From: Eubacteriales bacterium
GTDB lineage: Bacteria > Bacillota > Clostridia > Oscillospirales > CAG-272
Direction of reading: 5' to 3'
Assembly (NCBI GenBank): GCA_045658205.1
Contig: JAZOUM010000126.1
Span: 1 to 51,376 of the forward strand
DNA length: 51,376 nt
The position numbers and the translations under genes are program-made. Below, in pieces: positions 35,869-44,886 of this stretch (position 1 is its first letter; each line of letters starts with the position of its first letter). The notes beneath the pieces are model-generated. The model was given only the letters and a program-made list of their open reading frames with translations. It was not told where the DNA came from and did no database searches.

Positions 35869-38800
35869 ATGAAAGATGTGAGAAAATCACTTCGCTTGAT
35901 TCTTTTTCTCATTATCACGGTAGCGCTGATAGTTACTATGGCGTCGTGTAAGAAGAAAAATAAGAATCACGAGCATGATTACGTTGCTACTGTTACTCCG
36001 GCAACCTGCACTGCCAAGGGCTATACCACGTATACCTGTGAGTGCGGAGAAAGCTACACGGGTGACGAGGTAGCAGAAAAGCATAATTACGCTTCTCTCG
36101 GTGACAAGGCGCCGACCTGTACCGAGGAGGGTTATACCGATTATCTTGAATGTACGGTGTGCGGTCACGTTACCAAAAACGTAGTTGGAGCTAAGGGCCA
36201 TAACTACGAGGAAACGATCACAAAGCAGCCTACGTTTATCAGCACCGGTATTCTTACCAAGGTTTGTAAGGATTGCGGTGATACTAAAGAGACCGTATTA
36301 GAGGTAGTTACCGTTTCGTTACCCAAGGTTTCTGAGGCGCTCAAGTCCTTCGTTGGCGCAAATACCGTTAAGGTCAATACCGATGATATTGAGCTTATCA
36401 TGGTAAAAGAGATAAATGACGGTACGGTTACTCAATACGAGAAGAATTATTTGGCTATAGAGCTTGCTCATATTGAGATTGACGGTAAGCGCGACGAGCT
36501 TTACGCACGTTTCAGCCTCAATCTCGGCGTAGCTACCTACGACACGAGAGAAAAGGATGCGCAGCCTACGTTTGAAAACAAACTTTTAGTAGACGTTATC
36601 GTTGACGGCGAGGACGTGTCGGTTGCTATTACCGACAAAGGCGAGAGTGAGAACGTAAGCTTCCAGCTTTCCGAGGCTCTCTACAACGTTCTTGCAGAGA
36701 ACCTTAATATGAGCTACGAGGAATTCAGCCGCATGATCTATATCGGCGGTGGCGTCGTAAGCTATCTTCCTATGGCAGAGGGCATTCTTGATTATATTTC
36801 TTCTGTTAAGCTTCCCGAGGGCGACGTTGACGTATCCGTTATGGCTCCCGTGCTTGGCGAGGACGTTATCGTAGCAGAGGGCAATACATACAAGCTTGAC
36901 CTTTCCGCTCTTGTAGAATTCTTTGAGGCGGTACAAGATAAGTCTATCGCGGAAATTATCGATGATAAGTTTGGCGCAGGTACCGTAGATGAAATAAAGA
37001 GCTTCCTTATCTCTATGCCAACAACTCAGGTAAGAGATATCGCAGACTACGCGGTTCAGATTTCCGAGCAGTGCGGCTTCGCGATTGACGACGTATATGC
37101 TTTGATCAATCTTGTTATCTCCGATGCTATCGGCGAGGCGTTTGATATTGAGGATATGATCGAGACCAGATACGATCGCACCGTAGCCGAGATCATTGCG
37201 GAGCTTACGTACGGCGAGGGCGAGGCTACCGAGGATGAGATCAATGAGATCGCATCCGAACTCGTCGATCATATAAGACATAGCGTGACTATCGCTGTTT
37301 CCTACAGCGTTGATCAGCTCTATAACTACCTTATGTTCGGCAATCCCGATTACACTACCTCTGACGGTGAGGTCTTCTCCATAGCGGACTCGTTTATCGA
37401 GCTTGTCGATGTGCTTGGCGACAAGGTGAAGGCGGAGCTTACCGTGGATGCTGATGGGTTTGTAGAAAGCGCAGATCTTGAGATAGACGGCGTACGTGTT
37501 AACTATAACTCGGATTCTGATCTTAACAAGTATACTCTCAAGGTATTCCTTGAGTACGGTGAGGTTATCACCTTCGATCTTAGTGAAGAGGGAGCAAAGC
37601 TCCTTGTTACCGATACTCTCGATGACGGCACCTCCGAGACTCTTGCAGAGGGTGTGATCACCTACGAGGAAAAGGACGGCGCTGAAAATTACTTGGCAAG
37701 TATTAAGTTTATGAACGATGAGTACTTAAAGACTGATCTTTCTATTCTTAACGGAGAGATCGTATCCGCAGAGCTTGTCGTTAATTCCATGGTATACGGA
37801 GCGATCAAGGATATGGAGGGCGACGAGCATCTCCTTACCGTGCTTAAGGTAATCCTTGAACGTGGCGACACAAATACTCTAAGTGTCGTTATGAATGGGT
37901 TGTACATGTACGAAGAGTATTTCTACGATACAGTTAGCGGCGTTTATTATTATTCAACGGTAAGAGAATTTGAAAACGTCTTAGACGCTTACGTATTCTA
38001 CGGTGAAAATTCCTTCAGCGCGACTGTTAACGGCACTCAGATATTTATCGAAAAGAGCGACGTAGACGGTAACGTTATGTACGAGGCTACTATCGGTGAA
38101 GATGAGGATATCGCCTCTCTTGTTGTAAGACATTCTGATAATGATAACGAGGCATCTCTTACTTACAATGACTACCTCCTCTTTAAGGCGGCGACCGAGC
38201 TTGCGGACGGCGAGCTTACGTCCCTTGAGGTTATAATCAACACGTTGATATACGGCGAGGTAGATGGATTTGAGGGTGACGAGCATTGCTTTAATCTTCT
38301 TACTGTTACCTTTGAAAAGACCGGTGTTGACCTCTTCGACGGAACTCTTATTGTTAACAGTATCAACACATACGAAAAGTGTTATGAAGGATATGATGGA
38401 GAAGAATATTATCATTACCATGAAACCGTAAGAGAATATCTGAACCTCACATCTATACACGGATCTTACAGTAACGAAAAAATAAGCGTAAGCATCGACG
38501 ACGTTGACTTTGTGCTTGATATAACCGAGCTTGTCGGCTGCGAGGATTACACCCTCACTATTACCGATGGTAAGGAGAGTGTGACCGTTACCGCTAAGTA
38601 CGACGAGACCGAGCATAAGCTTCTTGTTAACAATAACGAGTATGAGATATTCAAGGCTGTGGCAAAGCTTAGCGATGGGGAGATCACCTCTCTTGAGCTT
38701 GTTCTAAACGAGCTTGTAACCGAAAAGCTCGAGGGCTTTGAGGGGGAAGAGAACCTTGTAAATCTTATTACTATGTATTTTGGCAGAGAGGGAGACTCGT

Positions 38801-40389
38801 TTGACGTAACCTTGGTTTTAAATGAACTTGCATATCAGTTCCGTGAATGGTATGATGAGGCGACCGGAGAGCCACGTTGCGCAGACGTGCTGGTATATAA
38901 AAACGTAGCGAATCTTTCGCTTTCTTATTATGACGGAATCGGTAGTGTTGACTTGAAGCTTGATGAGCTTGAGTACATCTTTACCAGAACCGAGCTTGTC
39001 GGTGGCGAGGAGTACACCCTCACTATTACCGATGGAAAAGACTTTGCTAAGTATACCGCCAAGTACGACGATACCGAGCATAAATTCCTTGTGAGCTCCA
39101 ACGATCGCGATTTGTTCTTGGTAGCTGCAAAGCTTATCGATGGCAAGATCGACAGCTTTGAGTTTGACTGGAATCAGATATATTACGGAGAGATCGAGGG
39201 CTTTGATGGTGACGAGCATTACTTTGATCTTATAAACGTTACCTTTGATAAGGGGGATGACGGCGCATTTGACGTAAGTACCTCGTTTGATATAATCAAT
39301 ATTACCACCGAGTGCAAGGAAGGTTGGATAGATGGTGAGTACTATCATGACCATAAGGAAATAGTAAGTTACGAAAACGAATTAGACTTCTCTGCATCCT
39401 ATAGCAAGGATAAGATAAGCGCCAGCGCAAACGAGATTGACCTTATACTTGATATTACCGAGCTTGAGGGTGGTGAAGAATATACTCTTACCGTTACCGA
39501 GAATGAGGATACTTGGACCGTCACCGCAAGGTACGATGACACCGAGCATAAGCTTCTTGTTAACTATAACGAGTACGAGATGTTCAAGGCGGCTGCACAG
39601 CTTAACGATACCGAGATAACCTATCTTGAACTGATTGTAAATACGCTTTACACTACAACGATTATAAATAACGGAGTTATCGTTGAGAAGGAAGAAAAGT
39701 TCTTCAATATGCTCACCTTCATCTTCGAAGACAAAGAGGGAGATGCATGCGACGTAAGCTTCATTCTTAATCAGCTTGTACAAGACGAGGTAGTAGGTCT
39801 TGAGGGAGATGAGCATCTTTTAAACGTATGTACGTTTATCTTCAAGAGCAAAGGAGAGGGCGCATACGAGCTTCTTCTAAAAACTTACGATATATATACC
39901 TCTGAATATTATCGCTATGACGAAGTAAGCGACTGGTATTACATAGAGTATGAAACTAATTATGTTAACACTTCAGATTTTGACTTCTCATACGATAACG
40001 GCGAGCTCGTCTTGATAAATGCTGATCAGACCTACACCGTAACCGTAACCGAGACTGAGCTTGGCAAAACATACTCACTTTCCTGCTTAGTTGCTGATAA
40101 GGATAGCGGTGAGAAGGAGCTTTGCGCTAAGCTCGAGCTTAGCTACACATACGACGCCGACAAGATCAGCGTGTATTACTTCGACGGTTGGTATGAATAT
40201 AAGGCGGAGTATGAGTACGATTCATCGGTTCTTGTATCCTTTGATATAGTAGAGGATCTTGACGAGGTTCTCTCTGCAGATATTACTCTTAGCGAGAACG
40301 AAGGCATATATTCTCTCGTTTATAGCTTCCTTTGTGATGCTGTTGAGGATATAACCTCAAACGGAAGTATCAAGGTTGAAGTAAACTGA
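35869..40389 (+). CDS. Giant repeat-rich lipoprotein, N-terminal paralogue of the preceding gene
   Basis: AAGGAG RBS. Lipobox MASC. The first roughly 530 aa are collinear with the 32671 protein. The remainder consists of about 155-aa acidic, Tyr-rich tandem repeats. Confidence 0.8.
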   Translation: MKDVRKSLRLILFLIITVALIVTMASCKKKNKNHEHDYVATVTPATCTAKGYTTYTCECGESYTGDEVAEKHNYASLGDKAPTCTEEGYTDYLECTVCGHVTKNVVGAKGHNYEETITKQPTFISTGILTKVCKDCGDTKETVLEVVTVSLPKVSEALKSFVGANTVKVNTDDIELIMVKEINDGTVTQYEKNYLAIELAHIEIDGKRDELYARFSLNLGVATYDTREKDAQPTFENKLLVDVIVDGEDVSVAITDKGESENVSFQLSEALYNVLAENLNMSYEEFSRMIYIGGGVVSYLPMAEGILDYISSVKLPEGDVDVSVMAPVLGEDVIVAEGNTYKLDLSALVEFFEAVQDKSIAEIIDDKFGAGTVDEIKSFLISMPTTQVRDIADYAVQISEQCGFAIDDVYALINLVISDAIGEAFDIEDMIETRYDRTVAEIIAELTYGEGEATEDEINEIASELVDHIRHSVTIAVSYSVDQLYNYLMFGNPDYTTSDGEVFSIADSFIELVDVLGDKVKAELTVDADGFVESADLEIDGVRVNYNSDSDLNKYTLKVFLEYGEVITFDLSEEGAKLLVTDTLDDGTSETLAEGVITYEEKDGAENYLASIKFMNDEYLKTDLSILNGEIVSAELVVNSMVYGAIKDMEGDEHLLTVLKVILERGDTNTLSVVMNGLYMYEEYFYDTVSGVYYYSTVREFENVLDAYVFYGENSFSATVNGTQIFIEKSDVDGNVMYEATIGEDEDIASLVVRHSDNDNEASLTYNDYLLFKAATELADGELTSLEVIINTLIYGEVDGFEGDEHCFNLLTVTFEKTGVDLFDGTLIVNSINTYEKCYEGYDGEEYYHYHETVREYLNLTSIHGSYSNEKISVSIDDVDFVLDITELVGCEDYTLTITDGKESVTVTAKYDETEHKLLVNNNEYEIFKAVAKLSDGEITSLELVLNELVTEKLEGFEGEENLVNLITMYFGREGDSFDVTLVLNELAYQFREWYDEATGEPRCADVLVYKNVANLSLSYYDGIGSVDLKLDELEYIFTRTELVGGEEYTLTITDGKDFAKYTAKYDDTEHKFLVSSNDRDLFLVAAKLIDGKIDSFEFDWNQIYYGEIEGFDGDEHYFDLINVTFDKGDDGAFDVSTSFDIINITTECKEGWIDGEYYHDHKEIVSYENELDFSASYSKDKISASANEIDLILDITELEGGEEYTLTVTENEDTWTVTARYDDTEHKLLVNYNEYEMFKAAAQLNDTEITYLELIVNTLYTTTIINNGVIVEKEEKFFNMLTFIFEDKEGDACDVSFILNQLVQDEVVGLEGDEHLLNVCTFIFKSKGEGAYELLLKTYDIYTSEYYRYDEVSDWYYIEYETNYVNTSDFDFSYDNGELVLINADQTYTVTVTETELGKTYSLSCLVADKDSGEKELCAKLELSYTYDADKISVYYFDGWYEYKAEYEYDSSVLVSFDIVEDLDEVLSADITLSENEGIYSLVYSFLCDAVEDITSNGSIKVEVN

Positions 40390-40423
40390 TTTTTACATTT
40401 ATCACTATTTAACATATAAAAAC

Positions 40424-40467
40424 AAAAAAGACGGAGGCGGGTTTTATCCTGCTTCCGTCTTTTTTAT
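40424..40467. terminator. Bidirectional terminator between convergent genes
   Basis: AAAAAAGACGGAGGC / GCTTCCGTCTTTTTT stem flanked by A- and T-runs. Confidence 0.8.
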
Positions 40468-40527
40468 GTGAAATTGTTGCAGATGCCGACGTCGTCTGCA
40501 TCGTATTTTTTTAAATGCTACAGTCGT

Positions 40528-42360
40528 TTATTCCGAGTAGATGGAGAACTTAGCCTCGCACACCTTAGCGCGCGTCTTTAAGTGTATCCTGTACATTACG
40601 TCGGTGCCCCATGCCTTGTCGGCGTTGAGACCTGCGGGATCAAAGGGCTCGATCTCGGCAATAAGCGGAGATGAGAACTCGAGTATGCAGTTTTCTGTGA
40701 GCACGATCCTTCCATCATCGAGGATGCTCGGCTCACGGTGTGTGAGGAAGGCGAAATCAATGAGCTTTTCTTCCTTTAGCTCCACCTTATCTATAACACT
40801 TACTATTCCGTCGTTGAGCGATCCGGATCTCGTGTAAGAGATAACGCCGCACTCATCGTCGTACGTGTCGCATAGCTCGAGAGTAAGCTGTCTTGACTTT
40901 TCATCGTACACCTCGTTCTTTGAGGCGTATCTTGCTCCCGCTACCTGACCTACTCCGTCAAACGACGGGAGATTGTGATACAAAGACTGCATCGACCAGA
41001 TCTTGTATCTATCCTTTGAGAAGGTCTGCTTTGTATATTCACCTACACCTGCGTCGATAAGAACGGGCTTACCGTTTTTGTAGATTATGAAGGAGCCGAC
41101 GTCGTTATGGTTGTGGCTCTCGCTGTTGTGACCGCCCTTCATAGCGAAGAACATACCTACGTCGGGATTTTCGGAATCTCTGAGGACCATTACCTTGAGA
41201 TTAGGGAAGTAGGTATCCGTTGCCGCAAGGAGAGATGTCTTTGATGCATCACGCTTAGGGGTAGTATAGCTTCTGAGAGTACGGTATGTGATTGATGTAT
41301 CGAAAAGAGGTCCGTTTCTTTTAAGCATAGAGTCACCGAAGGACTTAAGGATCTCAGAGCCGCATTTTTCGCCATAGCGTCGAAGCATATTTCCGTCAAG
41401 AGATGCGGTTGAACGTGAGTCTGCAAAGTTGACGAAGTAGCTGCCGGTTATATTCATTCTGGGCTCGTATTCACCCATTGCCTTGACGATGGGCGCTGAG
41501 TAGATATTTATCTTGCCGTCTGACATATACTCGAGCAGCTCCAGCGCATCAAATAAGCAGGCTGCCGCGGCATTCCAATATGTGGGGCCCTCGTCGCAGC
41601 CTCCGTCCTCCTCATAGAATTTGAGGAAATTATCAAGGAAGGTCATAGATCGGTCTACAACCGTCTCTCTCACTTCCATATCATCCTCAATGAGCGCTGT
41701 GGTGAAGAGAATGTTTTGCACTATCCAGGGGCACCAGTTGTTCACCTTGTTTCCGCCCATACCTTCCCACCAGAAGTAGTACTTGCAGAAGGGCTCGATA
41801 GATCTCTTTCTGAGGGTGTAAAGTATTCTCTCGTTAATAAAGGACGATATTTCGTCGAACTTATCCTCGAAGTAGTGATATATGAGAGCAATGACAGCTC
41901 CTCTGTATGCCGATCCAAGCTCTATACCGTGCGCATACTTTTCACCGACAGCCGCCGGTACGGGCATTCTAACGGTAGCCTCCTCGGGCATATGAGGCGT
42001 ATGCTCAGGCAGCATCCAGGTTGGCTCGTCAAGCATAGCCCATACCACGTCGAGCATTTTGTCAAAATATCTGCCCTCGCCGGTGCATATTTCCGCAAAG
42101 GCAAGCTTTAGCGCCATATCCATTCTTTTTCTGTAGGGGGAACCGTATGCGCTTGTAGAGCCGTTTATATTATACGCTCTATACATAGAGATAGTGAGAT
42201 GCGGTATATCGCGCTCAAGCTCACGCTCACCATTCTCAATGATTTTGTCACGCATAGCAGGATCTATTGCGCTCTTTTGACAAAAGTTGAGACGTCTGAA
42301 CTCCGCTTTTGAAATTATATTGTCCTTTGCCTCAAAATTGTAATTTTCAAATATCTTCAT
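40528..42360 (-). CDS. Heparinase II/III-family protein (putative cytoplasmic oligosaccharide lyase)
   Basis: 610 aa with no signal peptide. The C-terminal block GGHNSESHNHNDVGSFIIYKNGKPVLIDAG is typical of the heparinase II/III family. Alpha/alpha-toroid-like N-terminal half (NNWCPWIVQN, DGGCDEGPTYW). Confidence 0.75.
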   Translation of the reverse strand: MKIFENYNFEAKDNIISKAEFRRLNFCQKSAIDPAMRDKIIENGERELERDIPHLTISMYRAYNINGSTSAYGSPYRKRMDMALKLAFAEICTGEGRYFDKMLDVVWAMLDEPTWMLPEHTPHMPEEATVRMPVPAAVGEKYAHGIELGSAYRGAVIALIYHYFEDKFDEISSFINERILYTLRKRSIEPFCKYYFWWEGMGGNKVNNWCPWIVQNILFTTALIEDDMEVRETVVDRSMTFLDNFLKFYEEDGGCDEGPTYWNAAAACLFDALELLEYMSDGKINIYSAPIVKAMGEYEPRMNITGSYFVNFADSRSTASLDGNMLRRYGEKCGSEILKSFGDSMLKRNGPLFDTSITYRTLRSYTTPKRDASKTSLLAATDTYFPNLKVMVLRDSENPDVGMFFAMKGGHNSESHNHNDVGSFIIYKNGKPVLIDAGVGEYTKQTFSKDRYKIWSMQSLYHNLPSFDGVGQVAGARYASKNEVYDEKSRQLTLELCDTYDDECGVISYTRSGSLNDGIVSVIDKVELKEEKLIDFAFLTHREPSILDDGRIVLTENCILEFSSPLIAEIEPFDPAGLNADKAWGTDVMYRIHLKTRAKVCEAKFSIYSE

Positions 42361-42366
42361 AATATG

Positions 42367-44184
42367 TCACCTAATTGTAAATACTACATTACATTTATTT
42401 GTCTTAATCTTGAAATGCAGACGATAGAGTACGTCGGTGCCCCACGCGGATCTTGTATCCATGCCTACGGGTTCAAATTCCTCAAGCTCAACCTTTAAGG
42501 AGGTGTCGTAGCTTAACGTTCTACCCTCGGGTAGCTCGATCATACCGTCCTTGAGTAGCTCTGGCTTCCTTGCGAGCATAAGGTGGAAGTCGATCACCTT
42601 TTCCTCGTTTAAGAGTATATCCTCGGATATTGTTACGACGCCGTCCTTAAGTGACGAGCATCTTTTGTAGCTCTTGATTCCGGCGCTTTCGGGATAAGCG
42701 TACCTAAGCTCACACCTGAGCATTTTATCTTCTTCGGAGAATTCCTTTTCGCAGGACGTATATCTTGATCCCGCGCATTGATCTACGCCGTCAAATGACG
42801 GGAGATTGTGATATCCCGATTGCATAAACCAAAGCTTGTATCTGTCGGGTGAGAAGGTCTGCTTTGTGTATCTGCCTACACCGGCGTCGATTATAACCGG
42901 CTCACCGTTATAGTAGACCATAAAGTTGCCACAGTCGTTATGATTGTGCATCTCATTGTTGTTCCCCGCCTTTGCGGCAAGGTACATACCCTTTTCGCTA
43001 TCCTCGCATTCTCTTGCGCTCATTACGCCGAGATCATATAACTCGGAGTAAGTGGGCATAGGATACTTTTCGGGCTCCACCTTAGGCTCATTAATCCATT
43101 TTAAAGAGCGATACATATGCGAATGACTGAAGAATATGTTGCTGTAGTTCGCTTGCATCTTTCCAAATGAAACGAGGAATTCAGATCCCGTCTTTTTACC
43201 GTATCTGATGAGCATATCGGGGTTAGGATGCGTTTTTGGCGCGCAATCCGCAAAGTTTACAAAGCGTGATCCGGTAATATTTACCTTGTAGATATAGTCA
43301 CCTATATTACGGATAAGAGCAGAGTCATATACCGTTATCTTTCCGCCTGAGAGATCCTCGATAAGCTCGAGACAGTCGAACAGCGCGGCGCCCGCGGCGC
43401 CCCAGTATGCAGGGCCCTCGTCACATCCGCCGTCCTCTTCGTAGCAGGCGAGAAAATTGTCAAGATAGCTTATAGATTTTGTAACTATCTTCTCACGGGT
43501 ATAGGTGTCTTTTTCCATTACTGCCGCGGTGAGAAGGATGTTTGATACTATCCATGGGCACCAATTGTTGACACGGCTACCCGTGGCGCCACCCCACCAT
43601 ACCTCTATTTGCAAGAAGTTCTTTATGGCTCTTTCTTTAAGGCAATATTCGATTTTTCTTGCGATAACCGTGTCTATCGCATCGAGCTTATCCTTGCAAA
43701 GAAGGTACACGGTGGCAAGAGCTCCCGCAGTTCCCGCGGAGAATAGGTCTATGCCGTGTAAAGCGTTGTCGCCGAAAACCGGACCGAGCGTAGAGTCACC
43801 ATACAAGGGAGCGCAGTATATATGCGCCGGTATCATCCAGGTGGACTCCTCCATGATTGCCCAGACAACGTCCATCAGCTTTTCGGTAAAGCGACCTTTA
43901 TTCTCAAATGACTCGGCTACGGCGAGAGCCACGGCCATATCTCTTCTTAAAAAATATATGTCCTCATAGTGGGAGCGATTTCCCACGGTAACGTATTCTC
44001 TATAGAGTGAGGCGGGTAAAAGGGGTATATCCTTTGCAAGATAATCCTCTGCCATACGGACGATTCTTTCGCCCTTTTCCTTTTGTATTTTAGGATCATC
44101 CATATCCGAGAAAAGCTTGAACTCGGAATAGGGAAGTAAAAGTCCTTTTGCATTAGTAAGCTTTTTTTCTTTAAACGCTTTCAT
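42367..44184 (-). CDS. Heparinase II/III-family protein, tandem paralogue
   Basis: 605 aa with no signal peptide. Collinear with the downstream paralogue (NNWCPWIVSN, DGGCDEGPAYW, GNNNEMHNHNDCGNFMVYYNGEPVIIDAG). Confidence 0.75.
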   Translation of the reverse strand: MKAFKEKKLTNAKGLLLPYSEFKLFSDMDDPKIQKEKGERIVRMAEDYLAKDIPLLPASLYREYVTVGNRSHYEDIYFLRRDMAVALAVAESFENKGRFTEKLMDVVWAIMEESTWMIPAHIYCAPLYGDSTLGPVFGDNALHGIDLFSAGTAGALATVYLLCKDKLDAIDTVIARKIEYCLKERAIKNFLQIEVWWGGATGSRVNNWCPWIVSNILLTAAVMEKDTYTREKIVTKSISYLDNFLACYEEDGGCDEGPAYWGAAGAALFDCLELIEDLSGGKITVYDSALIRNIGDYIYKVNITGSRFVNFADCAPKTHPNPDMLIRYGKKTGSEFLVSFGKMQANYSNIFFSHSHMYRSLKWINEPKVEPEKYPMPTYSELYDLGVMSARECEDSEKGMYLAAKAGNNNEMHNHNDCGNFMVYYNGEPVIIDAGVGRYTKQTFSPDRYKLWFMQSGYHNLPSFDGVDQCAGSRYTSCEKEFSEEDKMLRCELRYAYPESAGIKSYKRCSSLKDGVVTISEDILLNEEKVIDFHLMLARKPELLKDGMIELPEGRTLSYDTSLKVELEEFEPVGMDTRSAWGTDVLYRLHFKIKTNKCNVVFTIR

Positions 44185-44425
44185 AAGCAGCTCCTCAAAT
44201 ATCTTCGTGCGTATGTGGGTATATTTTAAGACAATTTTATACTCAGACGTTTATAAAGTCAATGCTAAAAGCTCTTAAATGGCAAGATGCACAATAAGTT
44301 TTGGACACTTGAACAAGCGCAAAGCTTTAAAGAAAGAGAAAGCTCCCTCTTATATTTAAAATACGTTACCCGAGAGTCGGGGAAATAAAATTGCGAAAAA
44401 AGTTTAAAAAAATAGTAAAAAGGTA

Positions 44426-44454
44426 TTGCATTTTTGCCATTGATATGGTAGAAT
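44426..44454 (+). promoter_or_regulatory. Extended -10 promoter of secG
   Basis: TTGCAT (44426..44431), 17-nt spacer ending in TGG, TAGAAT (44449..44454). Confidence 0.5.
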
Positions 44455-44524
44455 AACTGTATGAACTGTAGGTATGCCCATTTGGGCAACGTATGATTAG
44501 CAGTATTTTGAAAGGAAACATAAA

Positions 44525-44836
44525 ATGGAATTCGTTCTTTTGGCAATTTTGCTTCTTTCCGCATTGTTTATTATCGTTGCGGTTATTTTCCAGAAGTCTG
44601 CTGACGAGGGTCTTTCCGGTACTATTGCCGGCGGCAACGAAACCTTCTACGGCAAGGAGAAGTCCGCTCATACCGACAAGCTTTGGTTCAGACTTACTCT
44701 TATCGTTAGCGTTGTGTTTGTTTTCGCTGTTCTCTTGGCTTACGTTATTCAGCCTGATTACGACGGAGCGTCCGCGCTTGATAACTGGAAGAACTGGTCC
44801 GAGTATTCTCAGATATTCGAAGACCTTAAGAAGTAA
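44525..44836 (+). CDS. secG: Preprotein translocase subunit SecG
   Basis: Two TM helices with the typical loop IFQKSADEGLSGTIAGG. Position upstream of rnr. 103 aa, with a C-terminal hydrophilic extension. Confidence 0.85.
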   Translation: MEFVLLAILLLSALFIIVAVIFQKSADEGLSGTIAGGNETFYGKEKSAHTDKLWFRLTLIVSVVFVFAVLLAYVIQPDYDGASALDNWKNWSEYSQIFEDLKK

Positions 44837-44844
44837 TTTAGATA

Positions 44845-44876
44845 AAGACGGGGTGAGATTTTAGCCTCGTCTTTTC
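44845..44876 (+). terminator. Hairpin plus T-run between secG and rnr (terminator or attenuator)
   Basis: AAGACGGGG / CCTCGTCTT stem followed by TTT. Confidence 0.45.
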
Positions 44877-44886
44877 TATTTATTTA

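Noticed and set aside
44185-44864. Track ORFs 44265..44564 (-), 44366..44671 (-) and 44493..44864 (+).
   Set aside because: They overlap the secG promoter and coding region in other frames or on the other strand. Their products are low-complexity and they have no RBS. secG (44525..44836) explains the region.
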